DNA of 63,361 nt, filler included, from Candidatus Woesearchaeota archaeon (GCA_003650545.1; 7 parts of 7 records of this genome joined end to end with filler, not necessarily neighbours in it); one strand, 5' to 3'. Shown: positions 9,446 to 18,422, numbered from the whole stretch's first letter. Notes: a model not told the origin generated them from the letters alone. Translations and numbers: made by a program.

Positions 9446-9648
9446 GTATCACACTGTGATTCTGATATAATTCCCATTTCTTCTAATTTATCAAGAACAT
9501 CATAAATATCATAATCTTCAGAGCCCATCTTTTCCTCAATCTCATCAACCTTCTTTTGTAATTCTGATTCGCTCAGATCTGTTTCTATTAAAATTGATGT
9601 TTCTCTTTCAGTAGTATTTTTCAAAAATATATTCACATATACTGTCAT
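9446..9648 (-). CDS. Acidic hypothetical protein (truncated at contig edge)
   Basis: RBS GGAGGTG, TAATG coupling, D/E-rich. Confidence 0.7.
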
Positions 9649-9932
9649 TACTTATTCACCTCCTTTTTTCTAAAATAAATCTTTTTCTTAAAAAGATTTG
9701 CGGTTTTGGAATCATGTTCTCTGTATGGTTTATATTTTAAGTTTTCCATATCCTTAATTAATATCTCTTTCACCTTATTAAGAAATTTTTCAGTATAGCT
9801 ATAAACTGTAAGGGATGTTTTCAGCCCATCCGTTGTTTTTCTGATTGTAGTTGGATGTGATACCCAATAACCGTATCCATTGTAGTTTATTATTCTATCT
9901 ATTTCCCACCATTCTCTATCTAAATTTCTCAT
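9648..9932 (-). CDS. Hypothetical protein (likely start MRNLDRE)
   Basis: AAGGAG RBS before the ATG at 9932. Confidence 0.65.
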   Translation of the reverse strand: MRNLDREWWEIDRIINYNGYGYWVSHPTTIRKTTDGLKTSLTVYSYTEKFLNKVKEILIKDMENLKYKPYREHDSKTANLFKKKIYFRKKEVNK

Positions 9933-9934
9933 CT

Positions 9935-10162
9935 TTATCTCCTTTCTTCTAAAGGGAAACATGCTTCAAATACACTTTCTACTATGTCCCAGTAACCGCA
10001 CTCAAACAGTCCATCTTGTAAATGATAAGCAAAAGATCTCATTTCACTATCAGTTAAGTTTTTTATTTGCTCCTGTCTTTTTTTATCTCCCTTAAATACA
10101 TACTTTAAATCATTTTTACAGATACTAATAACTGGGTAATCTATTTCTTTTTTTTGCTCCAT
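9935..10162 (-). CDS. Hypothetical protein (likely start MEQKKE)
   Basis: AGGAGG RBS before the ATG at 10162. Confidence 0.7.
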   Translation of the reverse strand: MEQKKEIDYPVISICKNDLKYVFKGDKKRQEQIKNLTDSEMRSFAYHLQDGLFECGYWDIVESVFEACFPLEERR

Positions 10163-10176
10163 TTTAATTTCCTCCT

Positions 10177-10779
10177 TTAATCTATTCTTGTAGTTACATA
10201 ACATGTTACCCCATTTTGCTTAAGGACATGGGCGGCTGCTTCCATTGCAGCTTTATGTATACTTAATTCTTGTCTTCTGCTCAGTAAATAATCTAAAGAC
10301 AATCCATATCCTTTACCATAATTTTTATATAATTCCCATCCTTCCCCTTTCCATCCTCGCCAGTTATTATCTTTCTCAGTTGCTATTTTCTTTAATCCAT
10401 TACAGAACTTTTGAGATTTATAAATATATATATTAGCAAAACCACAGACATCTAATAGTTGCCATTCTGGTTTCTGTTTTCCATTTTTATCTCTATTAGC
10501 TGGATTCCTTTTCTCTCTGCCAGTAAGGGGATCGCAATCTATAACATTCCATTTAGGTCCTTCTTTTAACAGTTTTTGATATTGGGCTTTAGCTGCTTTG
10601 CTTGCCTCTAAAATAGCCTTGTCCATTACTTTTTTTATCTGTTCTAGATTCTTATTTTTTTTCTTAATTAAGTCACTGATCATCTTAGATGCTTCTTCTT
10701 TACTTAAGTTTTTTCCTCTAAAATCTTTATGCGTTAAACAAAATAACATCCATGTCTGTCTCTTAGTTGCTGGGATCAT
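10177..10779 (-). CDS. Phage-type hypothetical protein with CGFA motif
   Basis: DVCGFANIYI...QELSIHKAAMEAAAHVLKQNGV...RID resembles a widespread phage family; strong RBS. Confidence 0.7.
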   Translation of the reverse strand: MIPATKRQTWMLFCLTHKDFRGKNLSKEEASKMISDLIKKKNKNLEQIKKVMDKAILEASKAAKAQYQKLLKEGPKWNVIDCDPLTGREKRNPANRDKNGKQKPEWQLLDVCGFANIYIYKSQKFCNGLKKIATEKDNNWRGWKGEGWELYKNYGKGYGLSLDYLLSRRQELSIHKAAMEAAAHVLKQNGVTCYVTTRID

Positions 10780-10791
10780 TTCCTCCTCCTT

Positions 10792-11145
10792 TTATCTTTG
10801 TAATAAATCAATCATTTCTAATACTTTAATGAAACTGAGATCATTACAATTTTCTATATCTTCTCTGCACTGAACAGGACAGTCTTCATATTCTTTAGTA
10901 TCCCAACTTTCTTTGTATGTTTTAAGATACCGGATATAGGTATCTAATTTTTTTCTCATTACATCAGGCTTTATTACTATAAATTCTTTTGTCCCATTCT
11001 TTCTGTAATTTCCCTTTTCATCAGTTCTTACTATATATGTGTCCTCCTTAGGTATTTCTAATCCATTTGATATCCCGAATTCATGCCAGAATGCGATACA
11101 CTGATGATATATCAACCACCACTGGGTTTTAGTTATTTCTTCCAT
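10792..11145 (-). CDS. Hypothetical protein
   Basis: ORF with AAGGAG RBS in the operon. Confidence 0.7.
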   Translation of the reverse strand: MEEITKTQWWLIYHQCIAFWHEFGISNGLEIPKEDTYIVRTDEKGNYRKNGTKEFIVIKPDVMRKKLDTYIRYLKTYKESWDTKEYEDCPVQCREDIENCNDLSFIKVLEMIDLLQR

Positions 11146-11157
11146 TTCTTTCTCCTT

Positions 11158-11370
11158 TTATATTACATCTCCATCTATAATTTTCCCACAATCCATACAC
11201 TGCACTGTTATACTTGATACCGTTTCATATTCTGATAGAACATCATCTACTTCTTCGTTCTTCAACAGCAATGATTTCAACATCAATGATTTATACCCGT
11301 CTTCCACATAATATTCAGTATGGTTCCTGATTATAAAATGCTGATGTTGGCATGTTATTTTTTCCTCCAT
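11158..11370 (-). CDS. Small zinc-binding hypothetical protein
   Basis: CQH...CMDCG; AGGAGG RBS. Confidence 0.7.
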   Translation of the reverse strand: MEEKITCQHQHFIIRNHTEYYVEDGYKSLMLKSLLLKNEEVDDVLSEYETVSSITVQCMDCGKIIDGDVI

Positions 11371-11384
11371 TTTTTCCTCCTTTT

Positions 11385-12077
11385 TTAATTTTGTACATTC
11401 GGTATAAATAAACCTAACTTCTTTAAAGATTCTACTTCAAACTTTGTTACATGAGTTGGATTTTCATCAACGGCAGATTTGATCTTTACCCCAAAAGGAA
11501 TTTCTTTTTTAAGTGCACTGGAAAGTTTTTGTATCATAACTGTCATCCCGTTTATTTCCCTGGCTAACTTATTTAAGTCCCGTGTTTCCCAATATCTTCC
11601 TTCGTCGAACACATCCTTAAGGATCCCAATTCTCTTACATTCATCCAGAACTCTAATTACTAAGAGATGGCATTTCAGAAATTCTTTTGCATATTGAGTC
11701 TTACAGAAAGATCCCCCTTCCCATACTTTGTTCTCTTTCTCTCTTACCAGTCCAATATTCATTGGCTCACATCCCTCTCCAGGCCAAAGGTGTAAACAGT
11801 ATGCTTTAACTGGTTTTTCGGTAAAAAATATTGACCTTCCGTTTTCTTTTTTCTGTTTGTGAATCTCATATTGAATACAGGCCCAATCCCTCCAATCACC
11901 ATATCCTTTCCCTTCGTGATATTTTTCTAATGACCAGAAATTATAATCCAGTTCAGCTACTTCGTTTACCTCTTTGAACGGAAGCTTGCGAGCGGATTTC
12001 TCAATTTTCTTTAGTTTTTGAACTGCTTCTGCCTCCGTCCCCTGGAATTTAAACTTATAATGAACTGTTAAACCCAT
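11385..12077 (-). CDS. Conserved hypothetical protein of mobile elements
   Basis: MGLTVHY, PGEGCE, FCKTQYA, H...DEGRYWETRD motifs. Confidence 0.75.
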   Translation of the reverse strand: MGLTVHYKFKFQGTEAEAVQKLKKIEKSARKLPFKEVNEVAELDYNFWSLEKYHEGKGYGDWRDWACIQYEIHKQKKENGRSIFFTEKPVKAYCLHLWPGEGCEPMNIGLVREKENKVWEGGSFCKTQYAKEFLKCHLLVIRVLDECKRIGILKDVFDEGRYWETRDLNKLAREINGMTVMIQKLSSALKKEIPFGVKIKSAVDENPTHVTKFEVESLKKLGLFIPNVQN

Positions 12078-12242
12078 TTATCTCACCTCCTTATATACAT
12101 CTATAAATTCTCTCCATAATTCCCCTTTATCTGATCTTTCTATCTCACATTCCCCCTTCTCAAATTTTTCAACAGCTTCATTTACATCCTCTGCCTGTAT
12201 CCTTGCTTCAAATTCATTACGGTAAGTAACGATAAATATCAT
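12078..12242 (-). CDS. 54-aa hypothetical protein (below ORF-track cutoff)
   Basis: MIFIVTYRNEFEARIQAEDVNEAVEKF...; AGGAG RBS; fills the operon gap exactly. Confidence 0.65.
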   Translation of the reverse strand: MIFIVTYRNEFEARIQAEDVNEAVEKFEKGECEIERSDKGELWREFIDVYKEVR

Positions 12243-12244
12243 TT

Positions 12245-12433
12245 TTATTCTCCTTTTTCTTTTAGTACTTTAAATACTTCTATGCAGGCTTCTTTTTCTC
12301 CTGGAGTCAGCCTAGTCCTACCCGCAAGGACCATGGCTGTTCTTTGAACCTCATATATGCTTTGAGGTATACGAGGTTCTACCTGAGAAGTATAAAGTCT
12401 TTCGAGCCTATAATACATGCTTTTATTCAGCAT
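12245..12433 (-). CDS. Hypothetical protein
   Basis: AGGAGG RBS, operon packing. Confidence 0.65.
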   Translation of the reverse strand: MLNKSMYYRLERLYTSQVEPRIPQSIYEVQRTAMVLAGRTRLTPGEKEACIEVFKVLKEKGE

Positions 12434-12453
12434 TCAGCATTTCTTCCTCCTTA

Positions 12454-12666
12454 TCAATATATCCATTTCTTCAAATTTTTTAGCTCAGATTCTAACTGTC
12501 TTTTGTATTTCATTGCCTTTCCTATCTCTGATTGTATCATCCGTTTCTCTTCTTTATTAAGAACTGGTTTTTCCTTGTTTAACTCCCGAGTGAGTTTACA
12601 AGCATCGTCCAAATGCACTCTAACAGCCATCATATATCTTACCACCGCAGAAGGTATTTGATTCAT
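12454..12666 (-). CDS. Hypothetical coiled-coil protein
   Basis: GAGGA RBS, operon packing. Confidence 0.65.
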   Translation of the reverse strand: MNQIPSAVVRYMMAVRVHLDDACKLTRELNKEKPVLNKEEKRMIQSEIGKAMKYKRQLESELKNLKKWIY

Positions 12667-12684
12667 TTTATCTCATCCTCTTTT

Positions 12685-12978
12685 TTAATATCTCTTGTAA
12701 GGGCTAATCTCTGCTCTTCCCGGTTCTCTGAAAACCAGGAAATCTTTTGTGACCCCATAAATATGCTCGCATCCTTCTATATCGTTCATTAACCCGATGT
12801 TCCCCGTAAACCGAACAGCATCGGGTCTTCCTGCAGTGTCTCTAAGAAACACTGCACACTTTGTTCCACAAAATGGACAGCTGGCCTCTGCCCATTCCTC
12901 TGTTCCATAGTCCCCCATCCACTCAGACAGATAAGTGGCAAGGGAGAATTTAACATATTTAATTTTAAATTTTATCAT
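12685..12978 (-). CDS. Putative zinc-binding hypothetical protein
   Basis: CPFC...CEH. Confidence 0.65.
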   Translation of the reverse strand: MIKFKIKYVKFSLATYLSEWMGDYGTEEWAEASCPFCGTKCAVFLRDTAGRPDAVRFTGNIGLMNDIEGCEHIYGVTKDFLVFREPGRAEISPYKRY

Positions 12979-12989
12979 TTTAGCTCTCC

Positions 12990-13223
12990 TTATTTAAATA
13001 GTGCCATATGATATTCGGTCAACTCAGTTTTCTTACCCGTAGCTAAGTTCCGAACTGTAAAACATACATCCGTTTCTTCTAATCCAAAGACACCTTCATT
13101 GATTGTGATAATCTTAATTTCTTCCACTCTGAAAGGGGTACCATTGTGCTTACTATACAGAATGCTCCCTATTTTAACTTTTCTTCCTAATATTGTAGCT
13201 TCATACAGCTTACTCTTTATCAT
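12990..13223 (-). CDS. Hypothetical protein
   Basis: ATGA overlap with the upstream gene. Confidence 0.65.
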   Translation of the reverse strand: MIKSKLYEATILGRKVKIGSILYSKHNGTPFRVEEIKIITINEGVFGLEETDVCFTVRNLATGKKTELTEYHMALFK

Positions 13224-13420
13224 CCATTTTCTCCTATAGCAGCCATAGCAACTAGTCTTACAACAGCGGATAAACTTCTATCCATAGCTATATAAATAAG
13301 CACTCTGTTATCTTTCGTCTTTTTTAATATCGCATTTACAAGTTTCTTATATCCTTCTTCACCATATTTCTGGCGAAGAAAATTCTGGGCTTCTACGATT
13401 TTACTAACTATTCCTGCCAT
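13220..13420 (-). CDS. Hypothetical protein
   Basis: AGGAGGT RBS. Confidence 0.65.
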   Translation of the reverse strand: MAGIVSKIVEAQNFLRQKYGEEGYKKLVNAILKKTKDNRVLIYIAMDRSLSAVVRLVAMAAIGENG

Positions 13421-13444
13421 TTCTTTTATACCTCCTTTTAAAGT

Positions 13445-13858
13445 TTAAAGTATTAAATATTTCTCACTCCAATAATGCCCTTCTGGGGTTATAATTATGT
13501 TATCTATAACATTAATACCTAAAATGCTTCCTGCTTCTCGCAGCCGTGTCCATGTTTTCCAATCTTCTTTAGATGGTTCTAATGCTCCTGACGGATGATT
13601 ATGAACAGTAATTATAGCACTTGTTCCAAGCATCACAGCTTTTCTGAATACCTCTCTGGGATGAATTAGGCTTTGATCCATTATCCCCATAGATACTAGT
13701 TCTTTTTCTATTACTTTATGTGCTGTGTTCAAATGCAAAACCCAAAAACATTCCCTATCAGCTTTTGCTTCTTCTTCCATCATTTGCATTACACTACTGG
13801 GTCCATCTATCTTACTACGGAAAGATGGTTCTGTTACTTTTAAAAGCTTTAATTCCAT
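13445..13858 (-). CDS. radC: RadC-like JAB/MPN domain protein (UPF0758), short mobile-element form
   Basis: E...VLHLN, HPREVF, HNHPSG..PS..D, DNIII. Confidence 0.92.
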   Translation of the reverse strand: MELKLLKVTEPSFRSKIDGPSSVMQMMEEEAKADRECFWVLHLNTAHKVIEKELVSMGIMDQSLIHPREVFRKAVMLGTSAIITVHNHPSGALEPSKEDWKTWTRLREAGSILGINVIDNIIITPEGHYWSEKYLIL

Positions 13859-14001
13859 TTTTTACTCCTTTCTCCTGTTATTTTACTATGATTCCTCTTA
13901 CAACATTCTAAACATACTGGTCCTATAAGATAATCAATAACATTCATAGCTCTGCCACAATGCTTACATCTGTATTTTTTTTCTTTCTTAGTTGCAGACA
14001 T
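13849..14001 (-). CDS. 50-aa zinc-finger protein (below ORF-track cutoff)
   Basis: MSATKKEKKYRCKHCGRAMNVIDYLIGPVCLECCKR...; GAGGAGGTG RBS. Confidence 0.65.
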   Translation of the reverse strand: MSATKKEKKYRCKHCGRAMNVIDYLIGPVCLECCKRNHSKITGERSKKWN

Positions 14002-14416
14002 ATTTTTTCACCTCCTCTAAAATAGAAAGTGATTTCCTATTCTGTCTAAAAAGAAACATATTTACATAATTATGCTCTTCATCTGTAATAATCGCCCCAT
14101 GCATGATCTTTTTATTTTTATACCAATGGAATAGTAAATACAGAATGAAAGTTTTATTTTTCCCATTTTCCCTAATGTAATCTTTTACATATCCAGGAGC
14201 ATCTTTTACTATCCAATTTAGATCACATTCCTGTAGATATCCCTCCGGGAACTTCTGCCCATTGCATTCTGTTTCGCTATAAGGTCTAATGTAACTACTC
14301 ACAACAGTACTCGCTATCTGATTCCCCACAGAAATACACTTAGTCTGCTTATTAAAACTTTTATGCAGACTTTCAAACTTCATCCTGTTAGGTGTTACCC
14401 ATTCTACTTTTTTCAT
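13988..14416 (-). CDS. Hypothetical protein
   Basis: 142-aa ORF in the operon. Confidence 0.7.
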   Translation of the reverse strand: MKKVEWVTPNRMKFESLHKSFNKQTKCISVGNQIASTVVSSYIRPYSETECNGQKFPEGYLQECDLNWIVKDAPGYVKDYIRENGKNKTFILYLLFHWYKNKKIMHGAIITDEEHNYVNMFLFRQNRKSLSILEEVKKYVCN

Positions 14417-14636
14417 CTTTTTCTATCCTCCTAATTAACTGTTTTAATTTTTTATTTCCATTTATCCAGTCATATCCACCTGAAGTCCCATTATATCCCT
14501 TACAATAAAATAAACTTTCTACTTCAGATGTTAGCTCTCTATTTTCCACCAGCCCCAAAAATCCCATTTTTTCTGTTCCTTGTTTTATCCTCTTTTTTAT
14601 ATATCTTTTTAACTCAGCCATTCTTAGTTTTTTCAT
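14388..14636 (-). CDS. Hypothetical basic protein
   Basis: GAGGAG RBS. Confidence 0.6.
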   Translation of the reverse strand: MKKLRMAELKRYIKKRIKQGTEKMGFLGLVENRELTSEVESLFYCKGYNGTSGGYDWINGNKKLKQLIRRIEKDEKSRMGNT

Positions 14637-14817
14637 GTAATTCTCCTCGTTTTAAAACTTCTATCTTGTCCTTAAAGATTTCTTCTATATGTTTTTTGGA
14701 GAAACCATTCTTCGGGGCAGCGCTGTAATATGTATTAATCATTCTTCCTAATTCAGTCTTTATATACCAAACGATACCTTTACCATTATTGTTTTTCCCT
14801 TTTATTATTTTTATCAT
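14614..14817 (-). CDS. Hypothetical protein
   Basis: Operon packing. Confidence 0.55.
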   Translation of the reverse strand: MIKIIKGKNNNGKGIVWYIKTELGRMINTYYSAAPKNGFSKKHIEEIFKDKIEVLKRGELHEKTKNG

Positions 14818-14823
14818 TTTATT

Positions 14824-15018
14824 TTATCTGTAGTAATGTATTCTGATACAGGGTATAAACCCTTCTGCTATCCAATGTTCTATCCTGGCGATTTTCATCT
14901 CATTTCTTCTATCGACTTCATAAACCACAGTACTCCCTATTTTTTTAGCCTGCTCTTCCCCGTATTTCATAGCCTGCGTAAGACTTCTGAAACTCTTCCC
15001 TTCTACTTCATACTTCAC
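14824..15018 (-). CDS. Hypothetical protein, paralog of 15177-15362
   Basis: AAGGAG RBS with GTG start; Y-x-V-x-G-x-x-F...A-x-x-Y pattern shared. Confidence 0.7.
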   Translation of the reverse strand: MKYEVEGKSFRSLTQAMKYGEEQAKKIGSTVVYEVDRRNEMKIARIEHWIAEGFIPCIRIHYYR

Positions 15019-15176
15019 TTTTTTTCTCCTTTAAACTGCTAAAATAAGCTGTTTCTGATGTTAGGAACAGTGCCGTTTTCGGGGGGTTGTGATGAGGAAC
15101 TAAAGAAGATGGACAGCAAGCAATAGTTCCAGCCATCCCAAATCAAAACTCCCCAAACTGGCTTCAATTCTTTATT

Positions 15177-15362
15177 TCATTTATACCAGATTTCTTCGCT
15201 TTCCAGAATCCCCCCAATATTTATCCACTTCTTTATCCTGAAGATTCTTTTCCCATCTTCTTCAACATCAACATGCCCTTTCCATATTTTCTCTGCTCTT
15301 GCTCTGGCATACTCTACAGCCTTATTAAAGTCTTGAAAATATCTATTCCCAACCTTATACAT
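15177..15362 (-). CDS. Hypothetical protein, paralog of 14824-15018
   Basis: MYKVGNRYFQDFNKAVEYA...RIKKWI. Confidence 0.7.
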   Translation of the reverse strand: MYKVGNRYFQDFNKAVEYARARAEKIWKGHVDVEEDGKRIFRIKKWINIGGILESEEIWYK

Positions 15363-15534
15363 CCCTTTTTCTCCTTCTATCTCTTTCCTTTACCCTGTGG
15401 AACAGTTCCCTGCACAAAGCATACTCATCACATCCACCGCACGCAGTCATAGACAGTTCTTTTCCTCTAATGGTTAAATGATGAGAAAGGCAGCCCACAG
15501 CATTCTTCAAGGTTTCTAGTTTATTTTCCGTCAT
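15355..15534 (-). CDS. 59-aa Cys/His-rich hypothetical protein (start re-called at MTENK)
   Basis: AGGAGG RBS before the ATG at 15534; C..HH...CGGC...C. Confidence 0.6.
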   Translation of the reverse strand: MTENKLETLKNAVGCLSHHLTIRGKELSMTACGGCDEYALCRELFHRVKERDRRRKRDV

Positions 15535-15559
15535 TTTACCCCTCCTGTTTTTTTTGCGG

Positions 15560-16690
15560 GAACTGTATTCAAAAAGTAAAGAATCAGCTATAGGGGGTAG
15601 AAAAACCAAAAAACTGATTTGAATACAGTTCTCAAATTCTGTTTTTTCCAAAATCCCCTTAAAAGTTAAAACGGCTTTCAGCTTATCTTCCGCCGTGGTC
15701 TGACCCTCATGGGGTAGAAAATGCTGATTCCTGAAAACCAATTCTGGCTTCATTTTATTTTTTACCCTTCAGTTTTCAGTCTGTTTTTTACCTCAAATAG
15801 AAAGTTTAAAAACGGCTTTGGGATTCAGCAAAACCCGATCTATCTAATCCAGTTCTTTCTTTTGAGGATTTTTACAATTTTAATGGGATCTGTTTCTGCC
15901 CCGATTTTTGGGCTGTTTTTCAGCCTTCGCTATGTCAATTCTGTTCTACGCTGTAGCGATTTCATTTTCCGAGATTGTGGATTGGACAAGCTATCGATAA
16001 GAAATAGGAACAGCTTATATTCTGCCGTGGTCGGACCCATGACCCATGGCGAACAGAAAATCCTATTTTAACATTAAAAAGTCACCATATTCAGCTCCAT
16101 CGAATGACCCTATAAGGTCAATCGAATGGTCAAATCTGACACATGCAATAGTCAGATCTGACATATGGGGGCTTCAAAAGAATGGCTTTAATTCTATAAA
16201 TTTTTCAGAACAAAACTGCATTTTTTACACTTTTTTGATGTTTCACTGAGAGAATTACTTAGTACTGAGTACTCTAGGTAACCATCTAAGTAAGATCTAA
16301 GTAAAAGATCCTGTTACAGATACTCTTTAAAGGTACCTGTTATAGGTACCTGTTACATGTTTTTAATAAAATTTCTTATTATCAGCCCAGCCAAAATTTA
16401 AGATACCACTGCATCATCTTCCTTGTCTTCTCCATTATCTGAAAAAAGCCCATCCATCACTTCCTTCAAAGCCCAACTATATCCAATCCATAAATCATTA
16501 TTAGGTTCTTTTTTAGACTGTATTACAGCGTTCTTCCACTCTTTTTTTAATTTTTCTTTATTTACCTGCATTATTTTCTCCTTTTTTTAACTTATCTGAA
16601 TTGACACAACCCCTTTATTAACTTACAGGTACCTGTTACATGTTCTAACAAGATTTAAAAGAGAATTTTTTATTATCAGCCCAGCCAACA
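15560..16690. repeat. Largely non-coding region with inverted repeats, duplicated hairpins and TAACAGGTACCT iteron-like repeats
   Basis: 14-bp IR at 15560/15618; 28-nt repeat at 15679/16011; AGGTACCTGTTA x3; TTATTATCAGCCCAGCCAA x2. Confidence 0.7.
16398..16571 (-). CDS. 57-aa hypothetical protein (below cutoff)
   Basis: MQVNKEKLKKEWKNAV...; AAGGAG RBS. Confidence 0.6.
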   Translation of the reverse strand: MQVNKEKLKKEWKNAVIQSKKEPNNDLWIGYSWALKEVMDGLFSDNGEDKEDDAVVS

Positions 16691-16814
16691 AAGTAACTTC
16701 TCTTGCGAAAGCTACTATCCTAAGAAGGCGAGCTGTTGTCCTATTATCAAGACACATTTGAATCATTTCTTTAAACGGGCTGTTTTTATCTTTTCTCATT
16801 TCCCTTCCCTTTTT

Positions 16815-16997
16815 TTATTTAATCAGCATCTTAATAGCTATAAATAAAAAGTTCATCCCCAAACCAGCCAAAAAGATACAGCTTAACAGCTCAAACCAGT
16901 GCTTCCTTCGTTCTGTCTCGCTAAGCTTAAGAAGATTTGCTCCGCTTATGATCGCTACAAAGAGGGTAATTCCTGCAAGAAAAGCATAAAGTTCCAT
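16815..16997 (-). CDS. Small two-TM membrane protein
   Basis: Two hydrophobic segments, GAGGAGG RBS. Confidence 0.65.
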   Translation of the reverse strand: MELYAFLAGITLFVAIISGANLLKLSETERRKHWFELLSCIFLAGLGMNFLFIAIKMLIK

Positions 16998-16998
16998 T

Positions 16999-17268
16999 TT
17001 ATACTTCCTCCTCTGTTTTCCCTAGTTCAAGGTACACTGTTCCTGTCCCAGCATCAGATACCCTTACCCCGACAATTTCAAGCTGGGATACAAATACTTC
17101 TATAAGCTCATATCCCCCAAACTTACCGGGATAGTAGCCCCTGTGAAGATCTATTCCACTGCCAGGATTCTTCCCTTCTAAACTTTTAAAGCATTCTCCT
17201 ATCCTCTCAAAGCGAAATTTTTCTTCCACCTGAGAGGCGAACTCCCCTAAATACTCTCTGCCTTTCAT
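16999..17268 (-). CDS. Hypothetical protein
   Basis: ATGA overlap with the pentapeptide gene. Confidence 0.65.
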   Translation of the reverse strand: MKGREYLGEFASQVEEKFRFERIGECFKSLEGKNPGSGIDLHRGYYPGKFGGYELIEVFVSQLEIVGVRVSDAGTGTVYLELGKTEEEV

Positions 17269-18179
17269 TTTATTTTGACCTCCCTGGTTATTCTCATTTT
17301 TCTCACTCGGAATTTTCCATCTGTAGCATAAGGGATAGCTATTATGTCCTCTGCGTAAAATTCCACCTCAACAAGGATAGAGTTCTCTGTCATTTCTTTC
17401 TTACACCAGTCCAGCGTAGCTACATGGAATCCCTCGCCACAGAGGGATCTTTCATCACTGTTGTACTTCTCTGCAATAAGCCATTTTCCTATTTTGTCTT
17501 TGTAAGGAAAGGACTCATAAGGGGACCTCCAGTCTCCTCTAAGATATTTAAAAGCTCTTAGAAGAGTTCTGGGAGGTTGAGTCTTCAGAATATAAAGGGC
17601 AGGTCGGGGGATCACTGCTCCCTCTATATTTGCCTTCATAAGGTTTGCATCTCCAATATCGGCATCAGAAAGACATGCTTCAAGGAGGTTCGCTCTCGTA
17701 AGGTCTGCTCTTCTAAGATCTGCCCCGGAGAGATTTGCTCTTTCAAGATTTGCGCCTCTAAGGTTTGCCCCTTTAAGGTTTGCTCCTCTGAAATCTGTAT
17801 CCTTAAGAACTGTCTCAGAGAGATCTGCTCTTTCAAGATTTGCATCCTTGAAATTTGCTCCCTCAAGATTTGCGCTCCTAAAGTCTGTCTCCTCAAGATC
17901 TGTATCTCGGAGAAGTGCACTCTTAAGACATGCTTCTCTGATATTTGCTTTAGAGAGAATTGCCCCTCTGAGATTTGTCCTATAGAAATTTGCTTTGAAA
18001 AGATCAGCCCTCCAAAGATTTGCCCCCATAAGGCACGCTCTTTTAAAATTAAAACCTCTTAAATCTAAACCTGATAGATTTTTCCCCCAGAAATATACAC
18101 CTTGAAGATCTCCCTTCTCAGCCTTTTCTTTTTCTATACCGAACTTCATTAATCTTTTTTTTGTCTCTTTTCTGTCCAT
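17265..18179 (-). CDS. Pentapeptide-repeat protein with phage-type C-terminal domain
   Basis: About 30 A(N/D)LxX repeats followed by FKY...CGEGFHVA...DGKFRV. Confidence 0.9.
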   Translation of the reverse strand: MDRKETKKRLMKFGIEKEKAEKGDLQGVYFWGKNLSGLDLRGFNFKRACLMGANLWRADLFKANFYRTNLRGAILSKANIREACLKSALLRDTDLEETDFRSANLEGANFKDANLERADLSETVLKDTDFRGANLKGANLRGANLERANLSGADLRRADLTRANLLEACLSDADIGDANLMKANIEGAVIPRPALYILKTQPPRTLLRAFKYLRGDWRSPYESFPYKDKIGKWLIAEKYNSDERSLCGEGFHVATLDWCKKEMTENSILVEVEFYAEDIIAIPYATDGKFRVRKMRITREVKIK

Positions 18180-18416
18180 TTATTCCCCTCCTACATAGTC
18201 TATACCATTAACCAGGACGTCAAGATTCAAATTACATTCCAGCGAGTGAATTTTGTTTCCGTCGCTCCATTCTACAATAAGTGATTCCACCAGGTCATAT
18301 CCCTCATTAGTGAGTCCTCCCCAGTCCTCGACCCAAGCAGCCACTGGAGTATATCCTAATCCAAGATATTCCCCTAGAGCCTTCAGGCTGTCTTTCCTAA
18401 CTTCTTTGAATCTCAT
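18180..18416 (-). CDS. Hypothetical protein
   Basis: AGGAGG RBS. Confidence 0.65.
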   Translation of the reverse strand: MRFKEVRKDSLKALGEYLGLGYTPVAAWVEDWGGLTNEGYDLVESLIVEWSDGNKIHSLECNLNLDVLVNGIDYVGGE

Positions 18417-18422
18417 TTTATC

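Noticed and set aside
15535..16249. ORFs 15355-15753 (N-terminal extension), 15721-16071 and 16046-16249
   Set aside because: They overlap structured repeats, lack RBS and have atypical composition; a better start exists at 15534
17577..18062. Repetitive Cys-rich ORFs, or a DGR target, in the pentapeptide gene
   Set aside because: Shadow frames of the 15-nt periodic repeat; no reverse transcriptase or adenine-specific TR/VR pair is seen
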